Assembly: GCA_946965045.2 (NCBI GenBank)
Contig: OX337239.1
Location: forward strand, 1,674,001 to 1,738,000
DNA: 64,000 nt
Source of the DNA: Epithemia pelagica
Taxonomy: Eukaryota; Protista; Bacillariophyta
Direction: 5' to 3'
The notes beneath the pieces were generated by a model that saw nothing but the letters and a program-made list of their open reading frames with translations, had not been told where the DNA came from and made no database searches. Positions 13,486-25,026 of the stretch are shown piece after piece. The position numbers and the translations under genes are program-made. How positions within the stretch are numbered: the stretch's first letter is position 1; every line of letters starts with the position of its first letter.

Positions 13486-15231
13486 ATGCAAGCGAAATCT
13501 CAGCCAAGCCGATTCCGCGTGGCGGCAGTCGTCGGTGGCGTTACGCTGTTTCTTTACACGGTCGTTCTCGATCGACCTGTCGAGGCCTTTTCGACATCTT
13601 TCCAAACAAGCAGCTGGCCGAATACTCGTCACTCCTCGTATCGAGCAACAATAACAACAAGACCACAAAGAACCATTTCACAACCAACTGGGAACGAGGA
13701 TCGAAACAGGATGCGTCTCCAATCCATGACAACTCCCGAAGTGGACGAAGCAGACACTGCGTCTTTGGCAACCAACCCAGCATTGGATCAAGCCTTGGAG
13801 CAGGGCAATTTAAGACAAGCTGTGACGGCCTTGAAACAGCAGCCAAACGACCAGCAAGAATTGTCACGAACGCAGTTTGGTCAAATTTTTGGCTTGATTG
13901 AAGAACGGACGGCCGCAGCGCAAGAAAACGATACCGAGAATTTGCGTGCCTTGGCCGAATTTCCCTTGACCAGCACGGCACGTGATGAAATGACCGACAT
14001 GTACCAGACACTCCGTGAACAGGGACACTTGTCCTTGTTTGGTGCCATGCAAGCACAAGAACCCTTGGCAGCGACGGCCAGCCAGAATGGACAAGTGACA
14101 TCTCACACATCTCGCACTCTGATTCCACCCACATTGTTGGAAGGTATTTTGGATTTGCCCATGAAAGCTCTGACACCACAACCGACCAATTCTCTCTTGC
14201 TTGCCGGTACAGTCGTGGCTCTTTTGGAGGGGGTCGTGAGTGCCGCGTTTGGGATTCCCATGTCGGCCTTGTTCTTGGCCAGTTTGTTTGTTGTCTCCGT
14301 GGATCGTCTCTTTCTGAATGGCGCTGCCTTTGAAAGCTTTCTCAAAATTTTCTCCCCCGGCGTTCAAGACAAGATTCTAAGGCACGAAGCGGGTCATTTT
14401 TTGGCGGCCTACCTGTTGGGATGTCCAGTCGAGGGCATTGTCCTGAGTGCATGGGCGGCCTTGCAAGATCAACGCTTTGGTGGTAGTTTGGGCCGACGGG
14501 GTGGCCCCGTGAGTGCCGGCACCTCCTTTTTTGATCCGCAATTGTCCCAACAAATCAATCAACGACAGCAAGTCACACAATCCGCTGTGGACCGGTATTC
14601 CATTATTGTCATGGCCGGCATTGCCGCGGAAGCCGATGGATATGGTCGTGCCGACGGCGGAGCCGGCGATGAAATGTCCTTGATTGCCTTTTTGTCGCAA
14701 CTCAATTTGAATCGGGGCAATCCGCAACAACAACAATGGAACTACGACTCGATTCGCAATCAAGCTCGATGGGGTGCCTTGCAAGCGGTCTTGCTATTGC
14801 GGGAATACCAACCAGCCTATGCCGCTCTGGTCGACGCCTTGGAACGGGGTGGCACCTTGGGCGATTGCATTTATGCCATTGAATCGGCCGCGCGCAAGCA
14901 CAATCTCACACCTGTTCAACATCCCTTGGGATATATCGTCGCCGAAACGAATAATCAACCAACGGAATTGTTGTCCGCCGTGGTAGAAGACCCAACCATG
15001 ACAACGACGACAACGACACGAGTGGTGTGGAAGCCCTACCAACCCAACAACGACACGAACCACCAGAATGACACAGAGGTGACAGGAGAACCTACCGAAT
15101 CCACGACAACCAAGGCGGAACCAATGGATCAGGAAACCATGGCTACGACGTTGCAAGAATATCGGGCTCAAGTAGAAGCCAAACTTAAAACGGTCCAACA
15201 ACAACTGGACGAGTTGGAACAACAACAATAG
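13486..15231 (+). CDS. Probably plastid-targeted M41/FtsH-protease-domain-like zinc protein lacking an AAA domain (VIR3-like)
   Basis: Signal peptide ending VEA-F plus a Ser/Thr/Arg-rich transit peptide; TM hairpin; RHEAGHFLAAYLLG (HEXXH); MAGIAAE...G..GD. Confidence 0.8.
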   Translation: MQAKSQPSRFRVAAVVGGVTLFLYTVVLDRPVEAFSTSFQTSSWPNTRHSSYRATITTRPQRTISQPTGNEDRNRMRLQSMTTPEVDEADTASLATNPALDQALEQGNLRQAVTALKQQPNDQQELSRTQFGQIFGLIEERTAAAQENDTENLRALAEFPLTSTARDEMTDMYQTLREQGHLSLFGAMQAQEPLAATASQNGQVTSHTSRTLIPPTLLEGILDLPMKALTPQPTNSLLLAGTVVALLEGVVSAAFGIPMSALFLASLFVVSVDRLFLNGAAFESFLKIFSPGVQDKILRHEAGHFLAAYLLGCPVEGIVLSAWAALQDQRFGGSLGRRGGPVSAGTSFFDPQLSQQINQRQQVTQSAVDRYSIIVMAGIAAEADGYGRADGGAGDEMSLIAFLSQLNLNRGNPQQQQWNYDSIRNQARWGALQAVLLLREYQPAYAALVDALERGGTLGDCIYAIESAARKHNLTPVQHPLGYIVAETNNQPTELLSAVVEDPTMTTTTTTRVVWKPYQPNNDTNHQNDTEVTGEPTESTTTKAEPMDQETMATTLQEYRAQVEAKLKTVQQQLDELEQQQ

Positions 15232-15617
15232 TAATAATAAAGATAATCGTCATGACTCAAATCGCTAGCAACAATCACTGTAGTAAACCAATAACTTCAC
15301 GTAGAAGTGATGTGTGCTTGTGTCTGTTTCAGAGCAAACGTTCTAGCTCGCCTCTCTTTGGACAAGAGGACAGCCTTGAAATCGTATCGTTGTTCCCTTG
15401 CTGTGGAGGACTTTGGTGTACCACAAATCTCACGTGTCGTTTAATGTACGCGAGACATTCCAAGGATCTGTGCGCAAATGCATGATCACGTTCGGTTCCA
15501 TATGAAACAAAAAGGCGGCGGTCCGAGTCGAACAGGCCGTGCCATGAACAGACCATGCCGGTATGGCTTCCCACTGTGGAACAACCACACACAAACACAT
15601 ACATCAACCAAACGACT

Positions 15618-17003
15618 TTATGGTTTCGTACTACTGGAATCCGTTGTGTCGGTGTCCAAAAGCCATTGGGGAGATGGTTGCGGAGTTTGACATATCAGTT
15701 TGCCCTTGGCAATAACGTACAACACGGTTGCCTGTTTTCGAAGAACGTCGTAACGACTCATGCCATTCAATACAATGAGATTGGCCGTCTTGCCCACGGC
15801 AATGCCATAGTCTGAAATACCAAGTGTTTTGGCACCATTCCATGTGATCATATCATAACAGGCATTGATTTCCTCCCCCACGCCCGTCATTTGACCGACA
15901 TGAAGTGCCATGTGCGCCACGGTCAAGAGATTGCCACACCCCAAAGAATACCATGGATCTTGAATACAATCGTGCCCCAGACTCACATTCAATCCTTGTT
16001 TCCACAATTCCTTGACCCGTGTCAAGCCTCGTCGTTTCGGATAGGTGTCGGTCCGACCTTGTAGGGTAATATTTATGAGTGGATTGGCCACAAAATTGAT
16101 TTGGGCACGGCCCAAGACACCCATGAGTTTGCTGGCATAGGCATTGTTGTACGAACCCATGGCGGTCGTATGACTGGCCGTCACTCGAGGGCCGTTGCCA
16201 TGTCGAATGGCACAGGCGGCGACGACTTCGACAAAGCGTGAGTGATCGTCATCAATTTCATCGCAATGAATGTCAATCATGCAATTCTTGTACTTTTGGG
16301 CCAATTCAAAAATGCAATGGACCGAACGAACTCCATCTTCTCGGGTCAGTTCATAATGCGGAATGCCACCGATGACATCGGCACCCAGTTGCATGGCTCG
16401 TTCCAGTAAAGCTTCATTTTCCGGTTGTCCATAAATACCATCTTGCGGAAACGCCACAACTTGTACAGTCGTCCAATCCTGGACCAGTTCTCGTACCTTT
16501 AGCAATCCTTGCAAGGCAATGAGCTTGGGTTCACTGACATCGGCATGAGTCCGCACAAAGAGAACGCCTTGCATCGCTTGTTGCTGCAAGGCCGTGAGGG
16601 CCCGTTCCACGACATTTTCAATCGTCAAGGTTTGTTTCCGTTCTCGCCAAATGTCAATCCCTTCAAACAATGTCCCACTTTGGTTCCATCGAGGTTCACC
16701 AGCCGTCAAGACGGAATCGAGATGAATATGAGATTCGACAAAGGGTGGACTTACTAACTGGTGCTTCACATCAATCTCTTGAAGAACATTGGTGTACGTT
16801 GAGGAAAGGTTGGGACCAATGGCCTGAATGATTCCATGTTGAATCGCAATGTCCGCAAGGATTGTCTCGGTGCTTGTTGCAGTCGCATGTTGTTGGGCGG
16901 AATACCCACTGCTGGCGCCATTTCGACTTGTGGTTGGGGAAGCAGGATGCTGAAGGATTCTACAGTTTTTCAAAAGCAAGTCGCAGCTAGACGCACCAGA
17001 CAT
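15618..17003 (-). CDS. codA: Bacterial-type cytosine deaminase (amidohydrolase fold)
   Basis: PPFVESHIHLD, WNQSGTLFEGI, VRTHADV, HCDEIDD..SRF, SHTTAM, NFVANP..N..LQGR.DTYPKRRG.TRVKE and GHDCIQDPWY are collinear with CodA as recalled. Intronless. ATG at 17003 preferred over the ORF-track start 17186. Confidence 0.93.
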   Translation of the reverse strand: MSGASSCDLLLKNCRILQHPASPTTSRNGASSGYSAQQHATATSTETILADIAIQHGIIQAIGPNLSSTYTNVLQEIDVKHQLVSPPFVESHIHLDSVLTAGEPRWNQSGTLFEGIDIWRERKQTLTIENVVERALTALQQQAMQGVLFVRTHADVSEPKLIALQGLLKVRELVQDWTTVQVVAFPQDGIYGQPENEALLERAMQLGADVIGGIPHYELTREDGVRSVHCIFELAQKYKNCMIDIHCDEIDDDHSRFVEVVAACAIRHGNGPRVTASHTTAMGSYNNAYASKLMGVLGRAQINFVANPLINITLQGRTDTYPKRRGLTRVKELWKQGLNVSLGHDCIQDPWYSLGCGNLLTVAHMALHVGQMTGVGEEINACYDMITWNGAKTLGISDYGIAVGKTANLIVLNGMSRYDVLRKQATVLYVIAKGKLICQTPQPSPQWLLDTDTTDSSSTKP

Positions 17004-17742
17004 GTTGTTGGAGGAGTACTCAAGGAAATGGAGATGGTAAAAGATTCTTCTGCATGTGTTGTGTCTTTGGATTTTGGATACTTCGTGACTTTTCCAGCGA
17101 ACAGCATAACAACTTTTGATCTTTGAGTCACACTGTGACATCCCCAAATTCCCCCATTCCGGTCGCTCTTCGTCAAACATCACCATTTTCTACGTAGACT
17201 ACCTAAGTACATACTCTTGGTATGGACTTATGAACAAATGATAGTACTCCAGGAAGACGACAATAGCATGTAAACAGCATCATTAGTATGCCGTCCTTTT
17301 CTTGTTTGTTCGTCATGAATGACAGCTGGGCTCCATGATTACAGTCTGGCTCAAGCAACAGGAAATACGATTGATATCACCTTTTGTGGAACAAGAAAAG
17401 TCGTATCGAAGGCATCGTGCTTTTCCTTCGACGAGAACGCTTTCTCGATCCCTCTGAATTATTGCCTTGCATTCGAATGGTAGTTCTAGAAGCACATTTG
17501 ATAACGCAGTTTGGTCGAAATCAAATCAAACTATGTCAACGATTTTCGCAATGTTCCACTCGCACTGTTCCATCTGAATTACCGCCTTGTATTGGAGTGG
17601 TGCTTTCCTTGGCAGCAGCATAAGATATCTTCCTTGTAACCACGTTGCAGACTAACGAAAAGATGATCTGTTTCGATAGAGATCACGACAAGGATGAATC
17701 CAGGACTGGTATTGCTTTGTCATATGAGCCAAACTGTGAATC

Positions 17743-19182
17743 TTATTCTTCATGGACTTTGGGGCGTTTTGAAACTCCAGTGTCCACCAAGTCCTCTTGG
17801 TTTGGATCACCACAAGCATGGTCCACTTTACTCTTGATCGCCAAGAGTGGATCGAGTGCCACGGTACCGGTGGCCAAAAAGTCGGCATTCCAGGTACAAT
17901 GTGGCAAATAATAGACGTTGCGTCCAAACCAATACGGACGTCGAATGCCTTCCCATTCCGTGTCTTTCTCATTGTCGGGCCCCTGAAATTCACAGGGATA
18001 AAATTCGGCATTCAATCCAATCTGTGACAATTGAAGTTTGACACATTGACAAGCGACGCCATGAAAAAACAGATTGTCCGGCGCTAGTCCATTGAAAAAG
18101 GAATAAATACCATGTGGTTTCTTCAAGGCCCTTGTCACGATATCTGTGTGGAAATCTTGCAAATCCATAAAATGTTCTCCATAGGTATCAAAGAAAATGG
18201 CATCCACTTGCAATGGGTCGGCAGCTGACAAGAGGGGAGGCAAAACATCTTGCCAGCGACCAAACAAAATGACAACATTGGGTTTTTCATCCCAATTGTC
18301 GTCCTTCATCCGATGATAGACATCGGGATGAGCTTCGACAATGTAGTGCTTACTGGGTTGATAATACTCTTGCAAAATTGAATCAATGATTCCCATTCCA
18401 AAGCCAATGTTCATGACAGTTTTCCCCACTGGACTGGCGGAGGTCACTGTTTCCGAATTAGTCATCGCGTTGTCGGTCGTCATGGTGGTACTGTCATTTT
18501 GCATCAGAATTTGGGCATGCGCTTTCATGAGAGGACGTTCCCATTCCATCATGACCGCATCGCGATCACTATCGATCAGCGCTCGGCCATTGTCTGTGTA
18601 AGACAAACGCTGCTGCAAATAATTTGGTTTGGTGCTTGGTTCTTGCTCCACAGGGCATTGTCCTCTCTTGCTAGTATTATGGTCGAGCACGATTTGGCCG
18701 TCGTTGGGTTCCGATACTGTGTTGGTAGCTTGTCCTGGTTCGTCTTGATAGGTTTGTTCTCGATTCTCATTGTTTCGTCCATGTAGATTCCGTTCCAAGG
18801 TTCCCAATATTAGTTCGGCTCGGACGCCCCAATCCACCAACAGGTTGACGACACCCCAGTGTTCTTGGTCCGTCGCATAATTCCCCGCACAATAACCACG
18901 ACGGTCCACGGCATTCCATGGTGCACCCGCATCCAACAAGTATTGACAAAGAGCTCCATTCCCCACCTGGGCGGCCGCCATGAGTGGTGACCGTCCTGTT
19001 GTTTCCTCTTGTTGACGAGCATAAAAGACATTTTCCTCCATCAAGGCATGAACCACGTGCATTTGACCCTGTTCACAAGCCGTAATCATGTCCTTGACCT
19101 TGACTGGATCTAAAGAGGATGAATTATCGTCATCATGGTCGTCCTTGGAGCCTGCGGCAGTGGCTGCTACTTTAGCATCCAT
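17743..19182 (-). CDS. RMT2: Ankyrin-repeat protein arginine N-methyltransferase 2
   Basis: N-terminal ankyrin repeats (GRSPLMAAA...LLDAGAPWNA). VMMEWERPLMKAHA, MNIGFGMGIIDS, IVEAHPDV, GRWQDV, IFFDTY, YSFFNGL. Confidence 0.9.
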   Translation of the reverse strand: MDAKVAATAAGSKDDHDDDNSSSLDPVKVKDMITACEQGQMHVVHALMEENVFYARQQEETTGRSPLMAAAQVGNGALCQYLLDAGAPWNAVDRRGYCAGNYATDQEHWGVVNLLVDWGVRAELILGTLERNLHGRNNENREQTYQDEPGQATNTVSEPNDGQIVLDHNTSKRGQCPVEQEPSTKPNYLQQRLSYTDNGRALIDSDRDAVMMEWERPLMKAHAQILMQNDSTTMTTDNAMTNSETVTSASPVGKTVMNIGFGMGIIDSILQEYYQPSKHYIVEAHPDVYHRMKDDNWDEKPNVVILFGRWQDVLPPLLSAADPLQVDAIFFDTYGEHFMDLQDFHTDIVTRALKKPHGIYSFFNGLAPDNLFFHGVACQCVKLQLSQIGLNAEFYPCEFQGPDNEKDTEWEGIRRPYWFGRNVYYLPHCTWNADFLATGTVALDPLLAIKSKVDHACGDPNQEDLVDTGVSKRPKVHEE

Positions 19183-19482
19183 TGCTGAGATGCTTCTGCC
19201 GCTCGAAAGAAAAATGTGGTGGAGAAAAGTTCACTCCAACGATTCCCCGTCTGGCTGTCGTCCGAATGGCATGGGCGCTAGCGAGACTATGACGACCATA
19301 TACTAAACGACAAACCACAAGTTTCCTCCTCCTCCATGCAACCAAAAGCCCAATGGCTTGCCATCATTGTTGTGCATTATTGGCAATGAGAATACAGCTG
19401 GATGCATAGGCTACGTTTATTCGCGTGTATGTGTTGTACCATAGTGTAGCAACTACTCACTAGATTGTTGCAATACGCAATT

Positions 19483-20271
19483 CTATCGCATCGGGCCTTT
19501 GGCAATCGACTTTGTCCGACAAGGTCCAGCTTGGGTCATAAAGACATGGCCGTTCCAGGCTGCCAAGCAATCGTCCGTCGTTTGCATCCCGGATGAAGCT
19601 GCCTGCCATAATTTTTTCTTTTCCACTTGTGCCGCAGTGCACGGTTGAGGTGCTGGCAATCCTTCAAATGTGACGATTTCACCAATCGCTGCTCCTTCCG
19701 GTGGTTCGACGAATTCCACACGCTCTTCTTGCCCTTCCGTCTGTGCAGCAGCACACAAGACCATCCCATGCGATTTGAAGCCCACCAAGTTCTTGGCCTT
19801 CAAGTTACTCACCACCAACAATCGTTGCCCCAGCATTTGTTCTTCTGTAAAGTGAGGCCGCAATCCTGAAGCAATTCGACGCGGAGAGTCTTCGCCAACG
19901 TCAATTTCTTCGCAATACAACTTGGTCGCATCGGGATGGACCCATACCTTGACGATTTGGCCCACTTTAAACTCCAATTTACAAATATCTGGTTGATCTT
20001 CCGGTGCAGCTGCAGGTGATGCACCGCCTTTCTTTTTCGAGGCACCACCGTCCTTCTTCTTTTTGGCTTCTTTGTTGGCATTGCCACCCTTTTTTGCGTT
20101 AGGCTTGTCATCGGATGCTTTTGAAGCATCACCGGACGTTGTGGTTGCCTTTGTGTTGGCAGTAGCGCGGATTGGTCCACCAAAGTCTTCGCCTGGTTTC
20201 AAATTCAATTTGGCTTCCAGATCCGCAATGGCATCATCCAACACCTTGAGGGCAGCAGTCGGCGCAACCAT
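19483..20271 (-). CDS. tRNA-binding OB-fold protein (EMAP-II / Arc1p / MetRS C-terminal-like) with N-terminal coiled coil and Lys-rich linker
   Basis: KLEFKVGQIVKV..HPDA.KLYCEEIDVGE..PR.IASGL, VVSNLKAKNLVGFKSHGMVLCA, VEFVEPPEGA. Confidence 0.88.
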   Translation of the reverse strand: MVAPTAALKVLDDAIADLEAKLNLKPGEDFGGPIRATANTKATTTSGDASKASDDKPNAKKGGNANKEAKKKKDGGASKKKGGASPAAAPEDQPDICKLEFKVGQIVKVWVHPDATKLYCEEIDVGEDSPRRIASGLRPHFTEEQMLGQRLLVVSNLKAKNLVGFKSHGMVLCAAAQTEGQEERVEFVEPPEGAAIGEIVTFEGLPAPQPCTAAQVEKKKLWQAASSGMQTTDDCLAAWNGHVFMTQAGPCRTKSIAKGPMR

Positions 20272-20542
20272 GGTCAACAAGATCTCTCCCGGATTCTGAT
20301 GAGTCCAAGTCCAACAGGACAAAGGCGGTTCACCCGTACGTCACACAGACGCTTTACGTCTGTTAGTCGCTCTTAGATCCCTTTCATTCTCTTCCCGACC
20401 ACGGGCGATCTCTGTTCGTGACTTATTTCGGCGCCAGGTTGTCACGGATGGATGGTGCGGCTGGCGCGCGACCGTCTCATGGAATGCACCACACTCTCAC
20501 ATGAATTCGGCGGAATGGACTTCGCAGTAGTGTGTTCTTCAT

Positions 20543-20854
20543 GTGATCATGACGACGATGAACGATACCAAGGAAACGGAAAAGACGGCCGTCGCTGAGG
20601 CCAAGATCGAGGATCGACGAACCTACATGGTCACGTTCAAATCGGAACCATCCTTTGCCACGGAGATTTCCGACTCGTGGCACACGTATGAGGAGGTCCA
20701 TCCGGAACAAGATCCACAATATCAAGCTCTGTACAAGCCGGAACCGGAAGAACGATACCTTATATACTCGGCCTATTTGTGGTTTTTGTTTTGCTGCTGG
20801 CTGGGGGTGGTTGATGAAGCCGATGAAGATAATGAGGAACAACCAGAACGGTAG
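20543..20854 (+). CDS. Small acidic hypothetical protein with a C-terminal hydrophobic segment
   Basis: 103-aa ORF divergent from the tRNA-binding gene; no recognisable family. Confidence 0.4.
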   Translation: MIMTTMNDTKETEKTAVAEAKIEDRRTYMVTFKSEPSFATEISDSWHTYEEVHPEQDPQYQALYKPEPEERYLIYSAYLWFLFCCWLGVVDEADEDNEEQPER

Positions 20855-21233
20855 CAGAGCTTGGACTTGATGTGCACCATCTTGGTGTCATCTTATTCAC
20901 AGTGCCTATGCTTCCACAGTTGCCGACAACCGGTGGAATTTTCCCTGGCGAATGAGCTTTATGTGCCTTTCTAGGCCCATCTATGAAAACTTTAATAACT
21001 CAAGTCGCGTGTTTGTTTACGTAGTTACTGATTGGTTCGTTCTTCATGGACTGTTTGGTTAATCGCTATCACATAAATACATGAATGAATATCAGATCGT
21101 TACATGCAAAAGGAATGATTTTACAGCATATCCTAGTGGCATCGTTGCTCCCTAGAGTGTTATTTTTGAACGCTGCCCCGTCCCAAGATGACAGTTTCCA
21201 CACCTCTCAGTACCTCATCGAGAGGCAGATAAC

Positions 21234-23339
21234 TCAAGATACCAATGGTTGTTGTTTGACCGCTCGAGAGGAGGAACCAGGTGGCAAGGTGGTGGTCGTA
21301 CCCACTGTCGTTGTGGGTCGATTGCGCCGATCGGGCGATGGCATGGGGCTACCCGTCGTTCCACACAAGAATTTGGAACTGGCGGCTTCCGCAATTTTGG
21401 TGGTATCTTGACTTGAGGCTTGCAAGGATTGGATCCATTCCAGTGCTTCTTGTTCCTTGACATGTCGGCCATCTACAGCCATGATTGTGTCACTATCTTG
21501 CGCGTGGTGATTTGAATCCATCATGTGTGAGAGCGACTCCTCTCCCGAAGACAGCCACGAAGAGTTTCCAGCTTGGGATAACTGTTGCGTAGTTGATGCT
21601 CCGTGTTGTCGTCGTCGCGGTGTTTGTTGTACCCAGGGAAGATCGTTACCCACCAAACCTTCTACAACCACCGACGGTGTTTCGGAGGATTGTCGGCGAT
21701 GGCGATGAGGTGACCCATTGGCTTCTGCTTGAGGATCTTCCAACAAGGGTGGCCCTGAGGGCACCGGTGCTGCATGTTGTTGCCAAGAAGCCAACCAGGG
21801 AGCCTGGTTGCTACCCGGCAACAACAAGTCTTCTTCGTCCTCATCTTCACCCCAAGTATTGAGAGTAGTATGAGTTGTGACGCTATTGTTGTCCGTCATG
21901 GTCGTAGCAGCAGATAAACGGTGTGCCAAATGCAAGCTCGGGAAATGCTCCAATCCTTGTGGTTGTGGTGGACCAATTCGCGCTTGTCCTTCGTCCCCAT
22001 TCATGTTTGAAGGGTAGAGGTTGGCCGGAGCCAATCGGTGGTGCTTCTCACTCAAACTCTGGTCCGAGGCAGATCGAGTTTCCAGAAAGCGTGCTCGAGC
22101 AGCAAAGATTTGGCTAAGTTCTTCTTCAGGTGGGACTTCCAACATGGCGTCTTCAGGTCGGGTGGGCTGATAAGGCGTCAAACCATGATGCTGGGGGCGA
22201 TGGCGCAAACCTAAAACATTGTCTTGTTCGTGCATGTCTTGGGGATAATGACCTTCGCTCGTGTCTGCAAACTCGACATGATGCTGAGTCGCTGACGAAT
22301 CTTTGTACTGTTGCCGGTTGGTAAAGGAGTTGAACTTTTTGTGCGTAGGAAATGAAATGGGATTGCGGAGCATCTCCATCTCACTCGAATGCCGAGAAAG
22401 AAATGAATGATGTCGAACCGCTTTGGAGGGTGAGTCTGCGTGCGTAAAGGACGGAGTGGACGTCAACATAGCTTCCTGTATCGAAGGGCCATTCGGGATA
22501 CCGGTCAACGATTGCGCAGTAAGACTTTGCGATCGACTGCCGCTGGTAAGGCGTATAGGTGGCAAGAGACTTCCAGACGAGGAGGAAGCTCGGCTCCCGA
22601 TTCCTCGAGAACGAGAGGATGAGTCCTCGTCATCAGCTAGATCGTTGGGAAGAGACAAATGCTCTTTGTCTCCACCACCCAAGATTAAGATACTTCCATT
22701 TCCAGCTACTTCCGCATCCTCTTCGCATACCACCATGGACGGTGTTTCGAAATGCGAACTGGAAGTCGTGAAACCATCCCCGTTACTCAAATGAGGGTTC
22801 ATATTAGGGCCCAGTTCCTGGGGTTCCTTCACATCCAGTGGCGATACTACTGATGGGCGTTTCCGATGAGCCGAGGTAGTAGAGATAGCCGCACCTTTAG
22901 TGCTATTAGCCTTCATGTCCGAGTTGGCCTGGCGGCGGTAGTTGCCGGACGAGGTGTTGCACATGACTGGCGTCAATTCAAAGGGGAACTGGGACCCAGC
23001 AGCTCCTTCATGTCGTTGCAACAAGGCTGATACCAAGGTGGGAGGCACACTCGAAACCGACATTGCCGAAGATGTTGTCGGAGAAGCTTGTCCTGGTTCG
23101 TCGTCTTCCTGTTCCTGAACCGCACGGTTGGCGCCTTTTCGGCTTCCCGTTCCTGGAACTGGCCCATCATTGTCGGTCAAATACTCGTCCTCTTCATCTT
23201 CCACAGAGTGATTCGGTTGCATAGGAATGGTTTCTTCCATATCGGTCATGGCAATCGTGGTAGGAGGAGAAAGAGAGCAGAAATCTTCATGAACTCCAGC
23301 GCTTCCGTTCATCTTGGTGGATGCGTCGTTGCTTTTCAT
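21234..23339 (-). CDS. Hypothetical low-complexity (probably disordered) protein
   Basis: 701-aa uninterrupted ORF, Ser/Thr/Pro/Glu-rich. Confidence 0.7.
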   Translation of the reverse strand: MKSNDASTKMNGSAGVHEDFCSLSPPTTIAMTDMEETIPMQPNHSVEDEEDEYLTDNDGPVPGTGSRKGANRAVQEQEDDEPGQASPTTSSAMSVSSVPPTLVSALLQRHEGAAGSQFPFELTPVMCNTSSGNYRRQANSDMKANSTKGAAISTTSAHRKRPSVVSPLDVKEPQELGPNMNPHLSNGDGFTTSSSHFETPSMVVCEEDAEVAGNGSILILGGGDKEHLSLPNDLADDEDSSSRSRGIGSRASSSSGSLLPPIRLTSGSRSQSLTAQSLTGIPNGPSIQEAMLTSTPSFTHADSPSKAVRHHSFLSRHSSEMEMLRNPISFPTHKKFNSFTNRQQYKDSSATQHHVEFADTSEGHYPQDMHEQDNVLGLRHRPQHHGLTPYQPTRPEDAMLEVPPEEELSQIFAARARFLETRSASDQSLSEKHHRLAPANLYPSNMNGDEGQARIGPPQPQGLEHFPSLHLAHRLSAATTMTDNNSVTTHTTLNTWGEDEDEEDLLLPGSNQAPWLASWQQHAAPVPSGPPLLEDPQAEANGSPHRHRRQSSETPSVVVEGLVGNDLPWVQQTPRRRQHGASTTQQLSQAGNSSWLSSGEESLSHMMDSNHHAQDSDTIMAVDGRHVKEQEALEWIQSLQASSQDTTKIAEAASSKFLCGTTGSPMPSPDRRNRPTTTVGTTTTLPPGSSSRAVKQQPLVS

Positions 23340-24528
23340 GGTGCTTTAAACAATAGCTGCCGTCTTGATGGCTGCTGCTTCTTTAGACTTTCTTTTCTTC
23401 AGGTTCTTGACTTGAGATGATTAGTGTCTTGCGCTGGATATGGGATTGTCCCGGCAAACAGACAAACCGGGTCACCACGACTGGTTGGCAAGAGGCACAA
23501 AAATTCAACACGTTATCCAACAAAAAATTGGGGAAGGACAAGCCAATAGATTTGAGGAGATAACCACGATTGCGGAAGCCAACGGTGAAATGTAGCGACA
23601 CAGAAACTCTGGTATCCGTCCTCGCCTGTTGAGATCTTTCGTGTCGTTTTTCTTCGTCTTCTCCTATATTGGCCTTCCCGGGGGTCAGTTCAGACAATAC
23701 ACCTGGTTACTGCTTCTCAGGTCACCAACAAATGCTCGTTTTTGGCCGTCTCCGACAAGTACCAACGTGTGCAACCGCAAAAAAAAGTGTCGGTTGCATG
23801 AAAGGGGAATTCTGCTCTTTCCTAGGTGACACACAAGTTGCGGCTCTCATTCATTTCGTAGAGTATCTCAAATGAGGCACGGCGGGCGTTTCCGTTGTTC
23901 CGTTCGAAATCCAAGATCTTTCTCGTCTCTACGAGCATTATTATGCGGGATTGGCCACTTGGGACCAAAAATAGTGGACGATGGACATGGACAACAAACG
24001 ACATCTCGCGGGACGACCGACGAGTCAAGTCACGTAAGAATCACACACAGGGGATTGCCACAATTGCCCCCGCCCACCCCCATGGTCATGGTCATTGTAC
24101 TCGTACCTTAACAGTAGTGTATTTCTACACTAACTATGGTCTGTCATTGCTTCCGATCAGATTCCCGCGACACTGACTGTGATCTTTATTGTAGTTTGGC
24201 GCGCTTTCCCCCAAACTCAAAATCCTGTACTACGAATAAGTCGGAAGAAATTAACGATACTTAAGACCCCAAACCATTGACACGACGGAGTGTACAAGAC
24301 TGAATGACACAAGATTTAAAATACATACAGACACTAGTCGTTGGTCACAAAATTCAAATTGCAAAGCAACTTCCACACAACTCCACACAATTCTGCCAAT
24401 GGTGCTTTCCGCATCATCGCCATCTGCTCCTCCATATCCTTTCGCATTTCGCATTTCGCATTCCTCTACTTCGTGCCGACGGAAAGCACACGCGAACAAG
24501 AAAGATCACTGACAAAGAGAACAGAGAC

Positions 24529-24839
24529 ATGGTCGGAGTAACTGGTAACGGAAAAGAAAATCAGCAGGTTCATCCATTCAGATTTATCATCCTCCGTGAA
24601 ACTCCATCTACCTAGAGAGAGGCTGTCCTTGGTGCGAATTGCTAAGAGACGAACTTAACCGTCACTCGGAAACACATCTCCAATGGCGACAAAACAAAGA
24701 ATATCGAGAAGCTCAAATGAAGATGGCCAGATATCGCTCCAACGAACAGACGATGGATGCCGCTGGGAACTGGGAACTGGGAACGTCCAAGTTTACTTCG
24801 CGGAGCTATGGGCTTGATGCAGGACATGCTGCTCTGTGA
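24529..24839 (+). CDS. Possible 79-aa microprotein with a CPWC motif (2 exons)
   Basis: ATG at 24529 and a 71-nt GT-AG intron (24545-24615) give MVGVTERGCPWCELLRDEL...; the exon join is hand-inferred. Confidence 0.3.
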
Positions 24840-25026
24840 GTTAGGTTGCTAGAAAACTAGATGCTAACCATTGAAGGTTCTCGAATTCCACTTTCGACAT
24901 TTCCGTCATTAGCAAAGGGTGTGTTCAGTGGTTCGGCAATCTGCACAGAGAAGAGTCTTTTGAAACAGTTTTCACATGTTTTCTTTCTTGCTTCTACTTC
25001 CATGCTAGGAGTATTAGTTTACAGTC

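Noticed and set aside
17384-17623. Two PSEL(L/P)PCI-like segments suggesting LRR remnants
   Set aside because: Short, non-ATG ORF, and the spacing does not fit LRR periodicity.
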